Shown: positions 39,134 to 52,580 of the stretch, piece after piece
Layout: each line of letters opens with the position of its first letter
Numbering within the stretch: position 1 is the stretch's first letter
Origin: Tubulanus polymorphus
Lineage: Eukaryota > Animalia > Nemertea
DNA: 64,000 nucleotides
Assembly (NCBI RefSeq): GCF_964204645.1
Contig: NC_134031.1
Location: 13,007,807-13,071,806, forward strand
Reading direction: 5' to 3'
Program-made: the position numbers and the translations under genes
Notes under the pieces: generated by a model
Seen by the model: only the letters and a program-made list of their open reading frames with translations
Databases searched by the model: none
What the model was told of the DNA's origin: nothing

Positions 39134-40200
39134 AAACTAGGGGGTCCAGGGACACCATGCCCACTTGGGTAGTGGTTTTTAATGCTCAACAATCTAACAA
39201 TTTGAATATCCAACGCCCCCTGGTGACCATATACAAAAACCAATGACCTTGAAACTCACCACAATCATAAAACATGTCAGCAGCTACGATTTTGTAATTG
39301 ATTGTGATAACAAAATATGCCTCGTTACCAATTTAATATGGAAATACTAAGTTATTCTACTATTCAACGCCCCCTGGTGACCATATTCAAAACCCAATAA
39401 CCTTGTAACTCACCACAACTTTGCAATTGATCATGGTAACAAAATATGCCTAGGTACCAATATAATAAGGAAATACTAGGTTATTCTACTATTCAACGCC
39501 CCCTGGTGACCATATAGAATAACTAATGTCCTTAAAACTCACCACAATCATAGACAATGTCATGAGCTACAACTTTGCAATTGATTGTGGTAACAAAATA
39601 TGTATTGGTACAAATATAATATAGAAATACTAAGATATTGTATTATACATATACAAAAACCAATGGACTTGAAACTCACCACAATCATAGAACACGCTAT
39701 AAGCTACAACTTTCTAATTCATTGTTGTAACAAAATATGCTTAGGTATCGATATAATGTCGAAAAACGTTTTCCCACCTACGAATGAGTACTAATGACAC
39801 CAAGATGGCCGCCAATTGCGTCATAATTGGCTGATCAAAAATACCCGTCTCAGGTATAAAACATCCCTTTCCAAAGAAACCCATCAGCAATTGCAATGAG
39901 AAATGACAAACCGTAGGAAGCTACAGGACTCAGAATTCGGGCCAAAATTAACATTTTTCGGCACTTAAAAGGTCCTTGGACGACCATCTTGAGTCCGATC
40001 GACCCAATTTTTGGTTCAAATATATACGAAAGATCAAGGTAATTGATCAAGGCGTCTTCAAAATTTCCCTCAAAAAGTTCAAAAATGTGTAAAAAGTGCT
40101 GATTTTAGCGAACAACAATGGCTGCCAGTCGGCCATCTTGATTCTGACAGGGCCAGTTTTTGGGCTGAAGATGTGTCTAGGGTAGATACATGTATAAACA
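39134..40200 (-). mobile_element. HINE/Helentron family 2, copy 1 (hairpin end retained)
   Basis: AAACTAG, imperfect hairpin GGGGTCCAGGGACACC, subTIR GCCCACTTGGG (39159-39169); internal tandem CAACGCCCCCTGGTGACC units; homologous to 56921-57766. Confidence 0.7.
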
Positions 40201-40659
40201 ATCCTTCATGTTCTTTTCGATGAAAATATTTTCATGAATATATTTAGATTGAATGTCATTAAAAAGTCACCATCTCAAAGCCCCGACCCCTGTCACATGA
40301 ATTTGTCAATACCGCGACCACGAACTTCAATGACCAATAGCGTGTTAATATTGTTGTTACAGAGCTTGTAAGCAACACAAAACGGCGTGGAAGAAGAAAT
40401 ATTGAGACTACGTGTTTACTATATGACGTTCTATTGATAAGTAAGGATTCACACATACAAAGATAAACCAGGAACACGTGGTACAAAACACATGGTACAA
40501 TAAAGGTCAAAAGTTCATGTAACCGCAACCACAAACTAAAAACTACTTATGCATATTACTCATATCATAGGTTTTGGATAATACTATAAACAACGCTCCC
40601 ACTTAATATTCACTTTCAGTTAATATTACTATAAACACAAGTATTGCTTAATTTCACTT

Positions 40660-43600
40660 TCATTCAAGTCCCATCTGACTTCTCAGTTTCTTAAATGCGA
40701 CACGAGGTAGTGGCTTTGTTAAAATATCAGCCACCATATCTAAAGTATGACAGTACTCAATTGTTATAACCCCATCAGATACCACCTCACGAATAAAGTG
40801 ATGACGCAAGTCAATGTGTGTAGTTCTACAGTGACCTACAGGATTTTTAGCTAAGGCAATGGTGCCTCTATTATCTTCCGAGATAACGGTAGGTGACTCT
40901 GGCATTGCACCTAGATCATTCATTAAACGCCGTAGCCAAATAACTTCCTGTGGAGCACTGCTGAGCGCCATATATTCAGCTTCTGTGGTCGAGAGAGCAA
41001 CAGTAGGTTGCCGTTTGCATATCCAGCTAACCGCACTACTGGCAAGCATGAATACATTACCGGTAGTTGACCTTCGATCGTCGAGGTCACCACCCCAGTT
41101 CGCATCAGGATATCCTCGCAGACAGTCATCATCAGACGTCTTGTAAACAATTGATAAATCTGTGGTTCCTTTTAAATATCGCAGCACACGTTTAGCCGCT
41201 GTCAGATGCGCTTCTGACGGATCACCACAATATTTACTAATAGTGCTCACAGATTGAGCTATATCCGTACGCGTAGCTATGACGGCGTAAAGCAAACTTC
41301 CAACTATCGATTGATACATAATTTTATCCACAGGTTTACTCACACCATCATTTTTAACTAACTTGACATTTATGTCAGCAGGTGTTGAAACAGGATATGC
41401 ATCACACATTCCGAACTTTTCAAGCATACGTTGGATATATTGCTTTTGATTAAGCTTAATAACTCCGTTTTCCTGAACAACACTTATTCCAAGGATGAAA
41501 TGCAATTCACCCATATCTTTCATTTGAAAGATTACCTTTCAAACTATCTAACTCACGCATAACACGCGAGACGATTATAAGATCATCAACATAGACGGCC
41601 ACTATAAGTAATCCAACATCGGTAAACTTTATAAACACACAGGGATCAGCAGCACTCTGCTGAAAACCCAACGACACTATATAACGTTTAAATTCGGTAT
41701 TCCAACACCTGGGCGATTGCTTTAATCCATACAACGATTTTTTAAGTTTACAAACACGATTATCTCCAGGTTGCGCATATCCATCAGGTTGTTGCATATA
41801 TATCTCGTCATCTAAGGTACCATTTAGAAACGCTGTCACGACATCCATCTGGTGGACAAATAATCCCTCCTGAGCTGCAAAAGCTAGCAAAGTTCTTATA
41901 GAGAACTTAGCGACAGGGGAGAAAGTTTCTTCGTAATCTATCCCATATTGTTGAGCGAATCCTTTCGCGACCAGACGAGCTTTATACCGATCTACAGCTC
42001 CGTCTTCACACATTTTCGCTTTAAACACCCATTTACAGCCAATTGCTTTTCGACCTTGTGGTAAATCAACTAGATCCCACGTTTCATTATCAATTAGCGA
42101 TTTAAATTCTGAATCTGCGGCCATTTTCCACTCAGTGGCTTCATCACTTTCCATGGCCTCTTTTAAGCTTGTCGGTTCAAAAACATTAAGCGCCATGTGC
42201 TCCCACTCATTACATTCGACCGCCAAATCGGCAAAGCCATCAATCTTCTTGGTTCAACCACCGTTGGTTGATCACATGATTCAGTTTCATTCTCGATGAC
42301 TGTGGTTTCATCTAACACCTGTTCAGCAGACTGTCCAATGTCATATTCATTGAAGGCTACGTCACGACGTTTGTATATTTTCCCATTATTGTCGATCAGG
42401 CGGTATCCCTTTGATTCCCGATCGTAACCAAGAAAACGAAGTTTCACAGCCTTATCATCGAGTTTTTTACGATGCTTATCTGGTAACATAGCATAAGCAA
42501 TACACCCAAACACTTTCACGTGACTCAGGTCTGGTTTGCGGTCGTACCAGAGTTCATATGGAGTTCTATCCCCATTTAAAGACCTGGTTGGTAGTCGATT
42601 TTTCAAATACGCGGCGGTGGCGATCGCTTCAGCCCAATACGATTTAGATGATCCAGCATGAGCAACCATTGAACGCGCTTTTTCACAGAGAGTACGATTC
42701 AATCTCTCAGCTACGCCATTTTGCTCGGGATTGTGCGGGAGAGAAGGCTCATGGCGTATGCCCTTCTCTTTTAAGTACGCAAGAAACTCGTTAGACATAT
42801 ACTCCCGCTATTATCGGATCGTAGGGTGCCTATACGTTCACCACTATCATTACACGCAACCGACTCGAACTCTTTAAACTTTTCGAAAACCTCAGATTTT
42901 TCACGAATGAAGTACACAGCCGAGCATCGACTGTAATCATCGGTAAATGACACAAAATACCGTTTTCCTCCGAGGGATTCCGTGCTCATCGGACCACACA
43001 CATCACTATGCACATTTTGCATCTTTCTTTTCGACTTAATTCCACTCGAGGATTTAAATGGTTTTCGCGCCATTTCTCACAGAATGACGTCAGGGGCTCG
43101 GGTTTAGCAACGTGTACCCCTTTAACAAGATCGTATTTTACCACACGCATGAGTAATTGAGGATTGACAAGAGCGAGTCTTTGGTGCCATAGTTCCATCT
43201 CTTTGTTTACACCATTGACCGCAACTATGGAAGACCTCAGACGACATACGAGATATGAGATATAACATACGAGATATGAGATGCAACATACGAGATACGA
43301 CATATGACATACGAGATACGACTTATTTACAGTACGGGTGTCCGTCCGCTAGCGCCACCGCAGTGTATATTTTTCAACATCTACTCGGCGTTGCGGCGTA
43401 TACTACGACACGTGCGCAGGCAGTGGCGTATACATTAACTATGAATATCAATATGCGAAAAACGTTTCGTTTGAAACGAAAAACATTTAAAAATATTCGA
43501 TCAACCACTCCCGGGGACCGGCTTCTCGCTGTGACGTCAGTGGGCGGCCACTCTTAGTGTGAGACACCGATGGTCCGGTGATTCGAGTTGGCTCCAAATA

Positions 43601-46464
43601 CAGGGCTACAGCCCCTAAATCACCAAAAACGCCTCAAATTCCATTTTTGAGTGTACAAAAATCCCTCAAAAAGAGTTAGCCATGGCCCCTTCAAATTGGT
43701 GGTCACTAAGAATTGCGCCTAGTCAAGGGTTTAAACTTCGCGGTCGATCGAGGGTTTTCGATGAAGAATGAAAGATGTATGTATATTACGAATGCCGATG
43801 ACCAAAGAGTTTAAAAAAAGTCCGACACACGCGGAATCTGTGTTTAGTGTACTATGATTTCAACGAATGAATTGAAACATGGACATGAATTAAAAATACT
43901 AAAGATAACATAAATCTATTGAATGAATTATTCATTAAATATCAGAATGGAGTTCCATTGAATCACTCTCAGCTCCTGGCCCTAGTCCAGCTGATTTCAT
44001 TTATTACGACGTTTTTTTGCGACGGGTGCAAACGCACCATACGAGCAACGTTCCGGTGTTCCGCTAATTCCCCTGTCTAAAGAAATGTTACTTGATATTT
44101 CCATGGATCTCTTATCTTTACAAATGTAAGAGCTGTTGTGTTTTGCTGAAGACTTATTTATGTGGTTCCTGTACTTTTGTCAATAAACAGTTTTAAAACT
44201 GGCCATGACAATTGATAAGAATGATCTTAAATTGGATTCTCCGATTATGAAAGTTATTCAGATTCAGCCATTGGCCCTTTTCCTGAAAGATGTCAGAAAA
44301 GAAAGATAGCCAAAAAGCCCTCAGAATACACAAGTACCTAAATTGAACAAATTTTCAGGGGAGGACCCCAGACTATGGCTTCAGAAAGACAGTGCCGCAT
44401 ACTGCCCTGACGGTTAGCGAAAACTGGCCAGTCTCGACTCTCAATGGTTGGTCTAGTGGACTCACCAGTCTGCCCCGGTAGCTCGATAGGGATGGAATTT
44501 AGCTGGGGATTTCAAACCTTGAGAGAGAGCACTGGAGTTCTTAATCTGGATACCAGGGCGATGTACGGGTTCCCGGGTTGTTTGGGATTCAAGAACTCAG
44601 GCAGGGGTGTCAAACAGTGGAGGAGGGGTACAAGGGGGCCGGGATTTCCGGCTGCGGAATTTTTTTTAGAATTTTGATTTCTGATGCAGAAAAGCAGGCG
44701 GTTACGGCGGGCGGTGAACAGTAGTTATTTTTTCTGCAGGCATTGAGTAACCGGAACCCCGGCTCCTGAACACCAGGCCGTTTTCAGACCAAAGGAAGAC
44801 AAGAAATAGCATAATATTATGAACTTGAACAGTTTGATATCTTTTTAGTTTTGTGATTTGAAAAACTTTTCGTCGCCCGCGGGAGAGGAACGGCCGGCGG
44901 CGCGCCTAGTCCAGGGTGTTCACAGTATGGCCTAATATCGTTGTGTCCGGTCCAGGTGTCCATTATCCAAAAGAAATCTATTTCTGGTTTGAATAAAATG
45001 TTGACTATGTTGGTTTTCATATAATTGACGATGACTGTACGCGTTACCATGTTAAACGATTTATATGCAGTAAATATTGAAAAAACATACACTGCGGTGG
45101 CGCCAGCGGACGGACACCCGTACTGTAAATAAGTCGTATCTCGTATGTCATATGTCGCATCTCGTATGTTGCATCTCATATCTCGTATGTTATATCTCAT
45201 ATCTTGTATGTCGTCTGAGGTCTTCCATACGCAACAGCTGCACTTTTATCACCAGCGGTAATGTACTGTAGTTCAAACAACTTATCAGATGATAAACCAA
45301 CGCCTTTCACACATCCGGTGTTATCCTGAATTATACATTTTGTATTTTTGAACTCAACAGTTAACCCCTTCTTTATCACGGCTCGCACCGAGAAATGATT
45401 ACAGGCCAGGTCTGGTACATAGAGAACATATCCCATGACCTCACTCCCACTGGCTCCATCTTCCAGAAGAGTAGTCAGTCGTACCTTTCCGTGACCTTGG
45501 GCACATATCGGTCGTCCATCACCAAGACCTACTCGCTGTGGCTCATCAAATACTACATAATCCAGAATGTTTCTAGAATGTTTCTATTCCACGTCATGTG
45601 GCTCGAAGCACCGGAATCAATCAGCCATTTGCTGTGTTTCTCATTCGCATTTTTGCCCACTTGAAACGCATGATCCTCTTCATGAGTCATAGCCACTGCC
45701 TTTGCCACGTGACCAGTTTTCTTCGAAGATCCCCGATACGGAGATACAGGACAATCCCGGTGGAAGTGTCCTCGCTCACCACACCCAAAACACTTGGCTG
45801 GCGGTTTCAGTTTCCCTGGATGCCTACGACCATTCTTGTTTTCGGCTCCCAGTAACGCTGCAGCCTAATTGTTGGCTGTCGGCGTCGCATTGGTCTCCTT
45901 AAGCTTCATCTCCTCATGGGTGAGAGCTTGCTGAACAGACGACAATTTCAGCTGGTCATTGCGCGCTTCAAGAGCAGTCACCAGTGTTGCATAACTTCTG
46001 GGTAAGCTGCCAAGAAGGGTAACGACCTGATCTTCTTCATCAACCGGACTATTTATAGCTGCTAGCCTATCAGTTAAAAGTTTCATTTCTTTTAAGTGAT
46101 CCTCAACCGACGTTCCCTCCTTCATTTCCATTATAAAATACTTCTTTTATAGATAGATCCTATTGTTTAAGGAATCTTTCTGGAAATGTTCTTCAAGTAA
46201 CTTCCATGCTACTTTAGGCGACTCCGTGGACGTTATCAGGTATATTTGCGACGGCGCGATCGACATTACAATCATTCCAAACGCTTTCGCCATTTTCGCT
46301 TCAAGCTCATTTTTCTTGCGATCATCAGCGTCCTCCGGAAGTGTCTCGGACCCATCAATGTATTTCCAAAGCTCTCGTGAGCGTAGCATATGCTGAACTT
46401 GAAAGCTCCATGTCGACCAGTTTCCACCATTCAATTTTTCAACGGTCCACCTTTCTTCAGCCAT
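40660..46464 (-). pseudogene. Copia gag-pol (gag, protease, integrase, RT, RNase H), frameshifted and interrupted
   Basis: KLNGGNWSTW, WLIDSGASSHMT, LWHQRL, VHSDVCGP, PEQNGVAER, YKARLVAKG, QMDVVTAFL, SLYGLKQ, YVDD, STTEAEY, ADILTK. Confidence 0.95.
43226..45229. mobile_element. Non-autonomous IS3EU-like DNA transposon in Copia pol
   Basis: ~155-bp TIRs starting TATGGAAGACC with internal CATACGAGATA repeats; 6-bp TSD CGCAAC (43220-43225, 45230-45235). TAY..RTA termini with a 6-bp TSD match IS3EU. Confidence 0.78.
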
Positions 46465-48060
46465 TATAAACGTTCACAATTCACAAGCTTTAAAACACCA
46501 AACAGTTCACCAGAACAGACTGGACAAACAACGTCAATTCATTAACTTAATTAGTCCTCAATTAACAACATTCAACCATCGTAGCCTGGGCCCATAACCT
46601 GTTGTTACAGAGCTTGTAAGCAACACAAAACGGCGTGGAAGAAGAAATATTGAGACTACGTGTTTACTATATGACGTTCTATTGATAAGTAAGGATTCAC
46701 ACATACAAAGATAAACCAGGAACACGTGGTACAAAACACATGGTACAATAAAGGTCAAAAGTTCATGTAACCGCAACCACAAACTAAAAACTACTTATGC
46801 ATATTACTCATATCATAGGTTTTGGATAATACTATAAACAACAAATATGACGTCATTACCTTTATTTATTTTGGCTACCACGGACCACTGAACCGTGCAT
46901 CCATAATAAATGAGTCATCTTTCAACCATTTAAAAAGTTTTGTCATTTATTTCTTCCCAAATATAGACTAATCCGTTTCGGGAATAATCCATCTTTTCAT
47001 CGATCTAATTTTGGTTTTTGAGGGTAGCTCACCTGGTCCTAATGGCGAGTAAATCAGTTCTGGCGGGTTAAACATGGTTGATTACCCACAATGCTTGGCT
47101 AAATGCGAATACGTCAATACCGCGACCGTCAATACCACAACTGATTCTATGGCTCGTGTATTTTACAACCACAATAACTGGGGCTTCACTGAAAATGACC
47201 CATATATTATTCGAAATGTTGTTTTATACGTAAATCGCTAACATTTCGATGGTTTTCACCATAGAATATCATGACGTTGTCTATACCACGACCGTTTGTC
47301 AATACCGCAACCGTAAAAAACCTTAAAATTACACCATTTTACGCTGAAATTTAGGAATATTGATAACTTATAGCCCATCAAAAGGAATAAACTATATGCA
47401 CATCCCTTCCATTAACATAAAAATTTTACTTTCAACAATCTGAGTGGAGAATTTGATATTCTATAAGTAATAGATTAGGTCCTTCGAGTGGTATAATACT
47501 TCACTAATACACCCAACAGGCTTCTGTAATTTTTCATATATGTGAATTCAAGCAGCGTATCAAGATATTTTCCATTTTGTAGCACAAATGTAATTTCTTT
47601 ATTGACAAATTATTAAAATGACGCCCGAATTCGCAGAAATGTGCTATGGTTTTGCCCGAGGGACAGCCAGTTGCGGTACTGACAGCCAAGTTTGACCCTG
47701 GCCTTTGACCTATAAGGGTGATCCAAAATTTTGTCAATATTCATTTTCGATAAGGGTATTGTCTAGACTTGATATATTGGCAGTTATCTTGTTGCAGAGA
47801 CTTTAAAAAAAAACCGAAAATCGTATCCACTTTTACCCATTTAGCGTAGAATGAACCGTATGCCATAAGTATTCTATGTGAGTCGACTACGTCATCGATA
47901 TTGAGGCTTTCGAAATACATGAATTTGCCCGATTTTATAGTAAACCATTTTACAGTTGCTAGCCGCCATTTTGTTAGGGTACTTTTGTCCTGTATTGTTG
48001 GGTCATTTTTTTCTCCTTTTTAAAAACTATTTGTGATGCGTGTTTTATCATATCTCATCT

Positions 48061-49563
48061 GGCTGTTCGAATATCACGGATACCGGATACCGGACACCTA
48101 AATACCGGATACCGGACACCTAAATACCGGATACCGGATACTCGAGATTGCTGAGTATATAGCGCATCGGGTCTAAGGATTCGTTTCCGTGTTGTTGTAA
48201 GTAGTACTGCCGCGACATACAATTCATTTATGTCAAATTGTTACAGCGGCTAACCAACTTATTTGTCTTAATTTTAGCCTGATTACAGCCTGCTTTCATG
48301 TTTTTAGTGTCATCATCGATCTCAATATTAGGCTAAACAAAAATGATACCTTGTTTCTCCGCAGCGGCCGGGTCATTTTTGTAAAATATGATACAATTTG
48401 TAAACAGTTCATTTCTATAGCGGCCGGGTCTGTTATGGTAAAATTGATCACGATTTGAAAAAAAGTAATGTACAGGGTAGATAGGCGGCTGGCCGGGTCA
48501 ACATTTAAGCTCAGCAGAGCGGAGAAACAAGGTATCAATGTTTTTTAGCTTTATACATATTTTTTTCTGAATACTGTTTTTCTTTGGTTAGGTGAAGTTA
48601 AACGTTATATTAGATTTTTATTATCTTACTTTACTGGTGATGGATATGTATTGGTGGCCCTTTTTGGTTTTTCTGTAAAATCCTTTCATTAATAGGGCTG
48701 AGTACTGCTAGGCCCTATATCTCAAGTTAGAAGGCCATAAGCGAGTCTGGCAGTTCTAAAGTTTCTTCTAATAAAGTTTATGTTAAAGATCTCTACATTT
48801 TGTATTTGTTGATTTACGATGGAATAGTTGAGCTGAACACCAATGAAATACAAGTATTTACAAACAAAGAATTAAAATTCGTTTTCTTATTTTATGGAGG
48901 AGAATATTCGGTATATTCTATTTATTGGACGATATGTCTACATTTCATTCTCAATCACGATGTCCCTAAAAATGAAATTGAGTCCATGGCGATCGTCGAA
49001 AATCAACAACCCTGGACGGCAATTGTTTTGGTATAACCTTCAAAAATCAGTCGAATACCGGTACCTACCATACCTCTAAGTGACTATTTACCCTGATGTT
49101 AAATTTCATTCTAAAGATCATGAAAATATAGATCGTCAATAACGCTTAACTTTATTAAAATGGCCTTCTTCGTGAAACTGAATGATAAAGATATTTTGTA
49201 TTGTACAGTAGCTCTGCCCAAAACGGTAACGGTCTATTCGGTAATCCGTTCAAATTGGCAGAATGATAAAAAATATTTTCTGTCTACTGTTTGTTACCGT
49301 GACTGTCGCATGTAATCGTGTTATTACTCAGAAGCAATAAATCTGTATTGAATTGTCTATACCGGTAACATTTGTATGCTACTGTACTTGAAAAGCATAT
49401 ACCGATGTATTATAAAAATAATATAGGCCTTTTATTCTTCTACTAGATCTCACACGAACTGCCGTTTACCGCTGACCATTAGACCCGATGCGCTATATAC
49501 TCCTCAATCTTGAGTATCCGGTATTTAGGTGTCCGGTATCCGGTATCCGATATTCGAACAGCC
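48061..49563. mobile_element. Non-autonomous MuDR-like element
   Basis: TIR GGCTGTTCGAATATC...GCGCATCGGGTCTAA; 9-bp TSD ATCTCATCT (48052-48060, 49564-49572); inserted in a ~61-bp tandem repeat. Confidence 0.85.
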
Positions 49564-50329
49564 ATCTCATCTGTCCCTGGATGGATTTTGACAGTTTTTG
49601 CAATTGTGATGCGTGTTTTATCATATCTCATCTGTCCCTGGATGGATTTTGACAGTTTTTGCAACATTTAAACCGTGTGACATCTAGTTTTCATTTATGC
49701 AGAAAAATCATTTCTTAAATTTGCAACAATGCGACATGAGAGCGATATAAAAATCGGTGGTCAGTTTTTGCCGCGCGCATAAAAATCCAGGGTACTGAAA
49801 TTTGAAGTTCATTATTTTCAGAAAATAAATAATTTTCTAAAAATTCCAAACATTTCAAGAACTGTGCGCCCCCTTTCAAGTGAACTTTAAAATTTTAAGA
49901 TATCTTGCCAATTTTTTATGCTATGGCTCTTTAACTGCAGTGCGTGTATTGTCATTCCTGGTCTCGGCGCTGTTTTCTTTGCGTGTATTTCAGTATATGG
50001 GTGTTATTTTTTTCATTTTTACTACACTTGTCTCTACGGAAAATGGTTTTAATTGTTTGTACGAGTATACTTATACTTCATAACTCCTATTTCTATTTTA
50101 AGGCCAGCCGTAGGCTGAGCCTATTACTATACAAATGGAGCGAATTTAAATGACATGGTTTCCAGAGTAAAAGCTATTTGACTGTACAACTGAGCATATA
50201 TTCATACAAATCATTCATTGAAGCATTATCCGTTCCCGAATCTCTTTGAAGCTGAATCTTGAAAGCGGGCCACGTTAAGATTTATATGAGCTTTTTTCGC
50301 GAAAATCTGAACCCAAAAATATCTATTTT

Positions 50330-50430
50330 AAAAAGCCAATCAGAAAGCAAAGACTCCTCTATGATTGGCCACATAGATCAGTAGGTGTTCACGTGAACCC
50401 GCGGTATCGTCTACCGTTTTACTTCCGGGT
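50330..50430 (+). promoter_or_regulatory. Putative DHCR7 promoter: two CCAAT boxes, palindromic E-box, ETS site
   Basis: CCAAT 50336-50340, ATTGG 50364-50368, GTTCACGTGAAC 50387-50398, ACTTCCGGG 50421-50429. Confidence 0.55.
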
Positions 50431-51019
50431 GTTTTAGTTTAAGACCTAAAATTGTATTTCAAGATCTGTGAAATCTTAGTTGATTTGGTTTTGGGGAGGA
50501 ATAGTTTTATTTGCACTACAGAAAATATTATTGGCAATTGTGCAAATTCTGGGAAAAATAGCTTTTCCTCAAATCGGATGGATGGCCTTGATATGCTAAT
50601 TAACCATGTGCTCAAACTGCAAATTCAATCAAATTTTATTCTGCGAAAAAAATATCAAATCCAATTCAATTTTACTTCATTGAATAAAAAAAACGTCAAA
50701 TCCAATTCAGTTTTAATTTATTGAGCAAATTTCAGAAAATTCAATTCTATTCCACATTCAAATCAATAAGACCAAGGGAAAATATTTATCTGAGGTATTT
50801 GTTCCTACCAGCTCCAGTCGCTGTCTGTGCTACTTATGAAAACACGATTGTATTGTGTATTAGGTAATGACTCTGAGCTGGGCCAGTGTATTTTGACAAA
50901 TATATACCAACAGAATGCATCATTTGCCATCTTATGAAAAGCTGACAGGCTGGTCACAGTGCCCCTTGTTGTTAAATCATGAAACGATTGATAGTTATTT
51001 CTTTCTTTCATATTTGTAG

Positions 51020-52432
51020 ATGACTACCGCGAGGCGTTCAGCAGATCGCGAAACCAACGGAAAAATGCAGAATCCACCCCCTAAAGCCGCAGTGAACAAC
51101 ACAAGCACAAGAACTAACAATGAAAGCGCTTTGTTGAATTTCATCAATAAAACCTTAGCCCCATTGGTGTTGATGCTATTCGTGCCGAATTTGGTGATAG
51201 CATTGTGGTACGTGACGAGACATTTGGATGGTAGTTACCTGGCATTCTGTAAATATCTAGCCAACCAAGGTATCATCACCGGTATGCTGAATATCTGGGC
51301 AGGTGTAAAATTATTTTCGCCTTTAGCCATGGCTATTATTGCAGGTTACGCCCTGTTTGCTCTTATCCTCATGAATATCCTACCTGGGAAAACTGCGTAT
51401 GGACCGGTATCACCGAAAGGACACACACCGGTGTACAAGGACAATGGTTTTTTCTGCTATGCGGTCACGATGATTACGTTTGCAATTCTAACGTACGCAC
51501 TAAAACAATATGGATATTCGACGTCAATCGTTTACGATATTTTCGATGAGATTCTGGTGAATTTGAATGGATTCAGTTTGGTATTTTGTTTGGTTTTGTA
51601 CTTCAAGGGTAGATTTTGGCCATCGACTCAAGAGTTTAGTTCTTCTGGTAACTTCATATTCGATTACTATTGGGGAACTGAACTGTACCCTCGTATATTT
51701 GGGTTTGACGTGAAAGTGTTTACTAACTGTCGATTTGGGATGACTGTCTGGCCGCTGTTAGTTCTCGTGTATGCAGTTAAGAGCTACGAACTTCACGGAT
51801 TTGTCGATAGTATATTTGTGTCAACGTTTCTTCAAATGTTCTACTTTACGAAGTTTTTCTGGTGGGAGGCTGGCTACATGAGCACCATAGATATAATGCT
51901 CGATCGTGCCGGATTCTATATTTGTTGGGGTTGCCTCGTTTTTGTACCGGGACTTTACGCCTCAGTTAGTCTATACTTGGTAAACCATCCGGTACATCTT
52001 GGCTGGATGTTAACCGCTGGATTACTCACTCTTGGCTCCCTAAGTATCGTCGTCAACTATTTAGCTGACTGGCAGAAGCAAATAGTCAGAAGAAACGATG
52101 GCAAATGTCTCGTATGGGGCCAGAAACCAGAAATTATCAGGGCTACTTATAGATTAGAAAGCGGGGAAGAACGGAATAGCCTTTTGCTAGCTTCTGGTTG
52201 GTGGGGCTTATCTCGTCATTTTCATTACATACCAGAAATCGGATTGGCGCTGTGTTGGACATTACCAGCAGGGTTCGATAATATCATGCCTTACTCGTAT
52301 TGGATTGTTCTGGTAATCCTTTTAATGCACCGAAGCTTCAGGGATGAAGATAAATGCTCGCGTAAATATGGGAAATTCTGGGTGGAATACTGTAAAAGAG
52401 TCCCGTACAGGGTTATTCCATGTCTCTTCTAG
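51020..52432 (+). CDS. DHCR7: 7-dehydrocholesterol (sterol delta-7) reductase, ERG4/ERG24 family, DWF5-like type
   Basis: Intact 470-aa multi-TM ORF; YWGTELYPRI, DVKVFTNCRFGM, FTKFFWWEAGY, DRAGFYICWGCLV, LLASGWWGLSRHFHY, RDEDKCSRKYG. A splice acceptor (CTTTCTTTCATATTTGTAG) directly precedes the ATG. Confidence 0.93.
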   Translation: MTTARRSADRETNGKMQNPPPKAAVNNTSTRTNNESALLNFINKTLAPLVLMLFVPNLVIALWYVTRHLDGSYLAFCKYLANQGIITGMLNIWAGVKLFSPLAMAIIAGYALFALILMNILPGKTAYGPVSPKGHTPVYKDNGFFCYAVTMITFAILTYALKQYGYSTSIVYDIFDEILVNLNGFSLVFCLVLYFKGRFWPSTQEFSSSGNFIFDYYWGTELYPRIFGFDVKVFTNCRFGMTVWPLLVLVYAVKSYELHGFVDSIFVSTFLQMFYFTKFFWWEAGYMSTIDIMLDRAGFYICWGCLVFVPGLYASVSLYLVNHPVHLGWMLTAGLLTLGSLSIVVNYLADWQKQIVRRNDGKCLVWGQKPEIIRATYRLESGEERNSLLLASGWWGLSRHFHYIPEIGLALCWTLPAGFDNIMPYSYWIVLVILLMHRSFRDEDKCSRKYGKFWVEYCKRVPYRVIPCLF

Positions 52433-52580
52433 ACTAGATTTGGATTACCATTAATACGAGACGTATAATGATGTACCATCACAATTTTACACCTCCCCAT
52501 ACCACGACTGAATTTAGTTATAGGACCAAAAAGGATGGTCACTTTCATGAAAGTCCAACAGGAACTCTTAAGCTTCTTAA

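Larger units (their letters stand above)
40352..46843 (-). mobile_element. Complete Ty1/Copia LTR retrotransposon
   Basis: 244-bp LTRs 40352-40595 and 46600-46843, nearly identical; TSD AATAT; PBS GGTTATGGGCCCAGG; PPT AGTGGGAG. Confidence 0.96.

Noticed and set aside
51020-52432. Bacterial contamination explaining the intronless DHCR7
   Set aside because: Contiguous with animal-type TEs, preceded by a splice acceptor and eukaryotic promoter motifs, no operon context.
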